DNA of 32,000 bases from an uncultured archaeon (GTDB taxonomy: Archaea; Iainarchaeota; Iainarchaeia; Iainarchaeales; JAAZKV01), in NCBI GenBank assembly GCA_964551375.1, contig CAZKBG010000001.1, positions 240,001 to 272,000 of the forward strand, written 5' to 3'. A program made the translations under genes and the position numbers. Positions 29,781-32,000 of this stretch are shown piece after piece; within the stretch, counting starts at the first letter, position 1; every line of letters begins with the position of its first letter. A model generated the notes under the pieces. It made no database searches. It saw only the letters and a list, made by a program, of their open reading frames with translations, and was not told the origin of the DNA.

Positions 29781-30683
29781 TTGGTAACTAAATGCCCGGA
29801 ATGCGGAAGCGAAAAAATTAGAGTAGACCACGGAAAAGGGGAAGCAGTGTGCATGAACTGCGGACTGATTGTTTCAGAAGAAGAAATGATTGACACTGGA
29901 AAAGAATGGAGAAGCTTTGAAGATTCTGATGACGCTTCAAGAGGCGGAAGTCCGATGAAGTATGTAAAACTAAACAAGGGTTTAGTTACAATGATTGACA
30001 GAAGAGGAACTGATTTGAGAGGGAATAAACTTTCAAGCAAAGGAAGAGCGCAGATGTACCGCTTAATCAAGTGGCACAAAAGAGCAAGTGTATCAAGCTC
30101 AATGCAGAGAAACTTATCAATCGCATTAACAGAAATGAGAAGAGTAGCTTCATATCTAAATATACCGGACACTCTTGTTGAAGCAGCGGCTTTGCTTTAT
30201 AGAAAAACTGTAAAGAAAGGATTAATCAGAGGAAGATTAATCGAAGCAGTTGTTGCTGCAGTACTTTACACTGTGTGCAGAACATACCACGTTCCAAGAA
30301 CTCTAAACGAAATGGCTGAAGCAAGCGGACTAACTAAGAAGGAAATTGGAAGAACATACAGATTCCTTGTTAGAGAATTAAACCTTGGAGTACCACTAAC
30401 AAATCCAATACACTACATCCCAAGATTCGCAAGCGAACTAAACTTGAGCGGAGAAGTTCAGGAAGAAGGAAGAAGAATCCTTGAAGAAGCAATCAAGAAA
30501 GGATTAATCTCTGGAAGAGGACCAACTGGAGTAGCAGCAGCAGCTGTTTATATTGCAGGACTCTTGAAGGGAGAAAGAAGAACTCAAAAAGAAGTTGCAA
30601 ATGTTGCCGGAGTTACAGAAGTAACAATCCGAAACAGATACAGAGAGTTGAAGAAGAGACTCAACATCGATGTAGCAGCATAA
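29781..30683 (+). CDS. tfb: transcription initiation factor TFB (TFIIB homolog)
   Basis: N-terminal Zn ribbon CPECGS...CMNCG, B-finger/linker, and two cyclin-fold repeats (GRLIEAVVAAVLYTVCR and GRGPTGVAAAAVYIAG). The ORF-track start is GTG at 29772, but GGGTGGT-AAAT-TTG favours TTG at 29781. Confidence 0.9.
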   Translation: MVTKCPECGSEKIRVDHGKGEAVCMNCGLIVSEEEMIDTGKEWRSFEDSDDASRGGSPMKYVKLNKGLVTMIDRRGTDLRGNKLSSKGRAQMYRLIKWHKRASVSSSMQRNLSIALTEMRRVASYLNIPDTLVEAAALLYRKTVKKGLIRGRLIEAVVAAVLYTVCRTYHVPRTLNEMAEASGLTKKEIGRTYRFLVRELNLGVPLTNPIHYIPRFASELNLSGEVQEEGRRILEEAIKKGLISGRGPTGVAAAAVYIAGLLKGERRTQKEVANVAGVTEVTIRNRYRELKKRLNIDVAA

Positions 30684-30762
30684 TAACTACAATTAAATTG
30701 GAAAGGGCAGCTATGCTGCCCCATCCAACTATTTTTTATAATTCAAACACCCTATTCTAAGC

Positions 30763-31206
30763 ATGGGTAAAATGCCTGTAACTACTGTTGAATGGATTCT
30801 ATTTGAAGCAACCATTATTGTGATTGCGCTTGTTTTAATCGCAATTGCGCTTTCATTTAGAAAAGGAAGCTATCCAAAAATCAAAATACCAAAACTGCTT
30901 CCGCGGGCAGGATTTAAATTCAAGCTTCAGCAGGTGGCAACAATACTCACGCATGATGGATTGTTTCCATCACTTACTCTTCATGAAACATACTTTGAGT
31001 ACAGACTTGTTAATGGGCACAAAGTAAAATACTCTGACATCACTGGAATTGAAACTAAAAAATATTTGCTTTACGGACACACACTTCTTCTAAAAGTCAA
31101 AGGCAAATCTTGGGGATTTTACCCAAGGGACTTGTGGCTTTCAATGGGAAGAGAGGATAACTTAAAAGAGCTTGAGAAGTTCTTTATAGAGAAAACAAAA
31201 AAATAG
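30763..31206 (+). CDS. membrane-anchored protein, unknown function
   Basis: ATG start, one N-terminal TM helix (ILFEATIIVIALVLIAIALSF) and a ~100-aa beta-rich soluble domain. No recognisable family. Confidence 0.55.
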   Translation: MGKMPVTTVEWILFEATIIVIALVLIAIALSFRKGSYPKIKIPKLLPRAGFKFKLQQVATILTHDGLFPSLTLHETYFEYRLVNGHKVKYSDITGIETKKYLLYGHTLLLKVKGKSWGFYPRDLWLSMGREDNLKELEKFFIEKTKK

Positions 31207-31278
31207 CTAATATGTAAAGTAGCGGCCAAATTAAAACCCTCAAAAGCTTTTTTAACAACAAAATCATATTAGTACTAT

Positions 31279-31845
31279 ATGCAGGCAGGGCTAAAAGCAA
31301 GGAGAATACTTCCAAGCTCAAAACAAAGGGTTTTTGGACTTCCTCCAAAACAAGTTCTTGAAAAATTCTCAGCAGAGTTTCCAAATCACAAAAACCAGAG
31401 GCTTTACTTAATACCAGGAGAAAAAGAATCAGCAGTAATCAAAGCTATACTTCCTTCAAAACAACTGCTTTTCAATGTAAAACACTCAAGCGGAAATCTT
31501 GAGTTCCACCCAGCAGGCGCATTTAATCACGGATTTACGCACAGAGAAGTTTTTGGAGCCCCAAGAGGAGTGGGGCTTGGAAGAGCGGCGCTTAGAACCG
31601 AACTTGCCATAGCAAGAAAAAAAGGATTAAAACACCACAATGTTAATTCACCGCACAAATCAAGCACATTAATGTTTCTAAAGGAAGGATACAAAATTGA
31701 CCCCGCGACAAACAAGCAGGCAATGGCTGCTACGGGAATTAGAACTGAAAGAGAACTTATTGAATTTTTAACAAAACAATCCACTCCTGAAGAATTAAAA
31801 CACGGCTGGAATCTTGTAAGACAGATTAACCCAAGCAAAAAGTAA
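31279..31845 (+). CDS. orphan protein with a GNAT-like acetyltransferase pattern
   Basis: HREVFGAPRGVGLGRAALRTELAIARKKGLKHHNVNSPHKSSTLMFLKEGYKI fits GNAT motif A (strand, R-G-x-G-x-G-x-A-L, helix) followed by the ...FL.K.GY.. motif B pattern. Confidence 0.6.
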   Translation: MQAGLKARRILPSSKQRVFGLPPKQVLEKFSAEFPNHKNQRLYLIPGEKESAVIKAILPSKQLLFNVKHSSGNLEFHPAGAFNHGFTHREVFGAPRGVGLGRAALRTELAIARKKGLKHHNVNSPHKSSTLMFLKEGYKIDPATNKQAMAATGIRTERELIEFLTKQSTPEELKHGWNLVRQINPSKK

Positions 31846-31916
31846 ATAATTCACAATAGTTCCAAAAATAAGCACTTTCTTCTCAATTTATATTCTTTTT
31901 CGTACAAGAGTATTAT

Positions 31917-32000
31917 ATGAAGTCGCAATTATCACAGTACTTTGACTCAACTAAAAGAAACTGCATGCTTTGCCACACTTACAGAAACTTAAAGCCAAGC
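31917..32000 (+). CDS. possible start of an ORF running off the window (MKSQLSQYFDSTKRNCMLCHTYRNLKPS...)
   Basis: ATG at 31917 with the frame open to the window end. Too short to assign a product. Confidence 0.25.
   Translation, partial: MKSQLSQYFDSTKRNCMLCHTYRNLKPS

Noticed and set aside
1-32000. CRISPR arrays, transposases or integrases, toxin-antitoxin pairs and known defence operons.
   Set aside because: I saw no regularly spaced direct repeats, no recognisable recombinase, nuclease-toxin or Cas-like motifs, and no terminal inverted repeats. The only significant repeats are the 80-nt pair and the 17-nt tRNA-leader pair.

Overview
Low-GC archaeal chromosomal segment. The gene content is archaeal: TFB, a Hef helicase-nuclease, FEN1 with a C-terminal PIP box, an archaeal histone, FtsZ, r-proteins S8e and L40e, a DGGGP-synthase-type UbiA prenyltransferase and MetRS. 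Start sites support this, with TATA boxes about 25 nt upstream of leaderless ATGs mixed with GGTG-type Shine-Dalgarno starts. The many small basic orphan proteins and one giant cysteine-rich surface protein resemble small-genome DPANN-type lineages, but that lineage call is inference. I call about 34 protein genes, one tRNA-Glu(UUC), one startless gene remnant and a few candidate RNA or regulatory elements. I saw no CRISPR array, integrase, transposase or recognisable defence operon. Items worth a second look: (1) a 1215-aa mosaic, Cys-rich, signal-peptide plus C-terminal-anchor surface protein with a thrombospondin-type-1-like module and three copies of a four-Cys module; (2) an 80-nt direct repeat (79/80 identical) that duplicates the catalytic 3' end of a kinase-like orphan gene and brackets a 1.5-kb cassette of two secreted or membrane protein genes; (3) a tRNA-Glu preceded by a 17-nt copy of its own 5' end plus an anti-sequence able to pair with either copy; (4) a MetRS whose HIGH-motif N-terminus has no in-frame canonical start, while a leaderless-type ATG sits one frame off with a stop six codons later; (5) two candidate structured RNA elements in intergenic regions; (6) a scattered set of Arg/His-rich orphans with faint enzyme-fold signatures. 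All family assignments are by-eye motif recognition, since no searches could be run.
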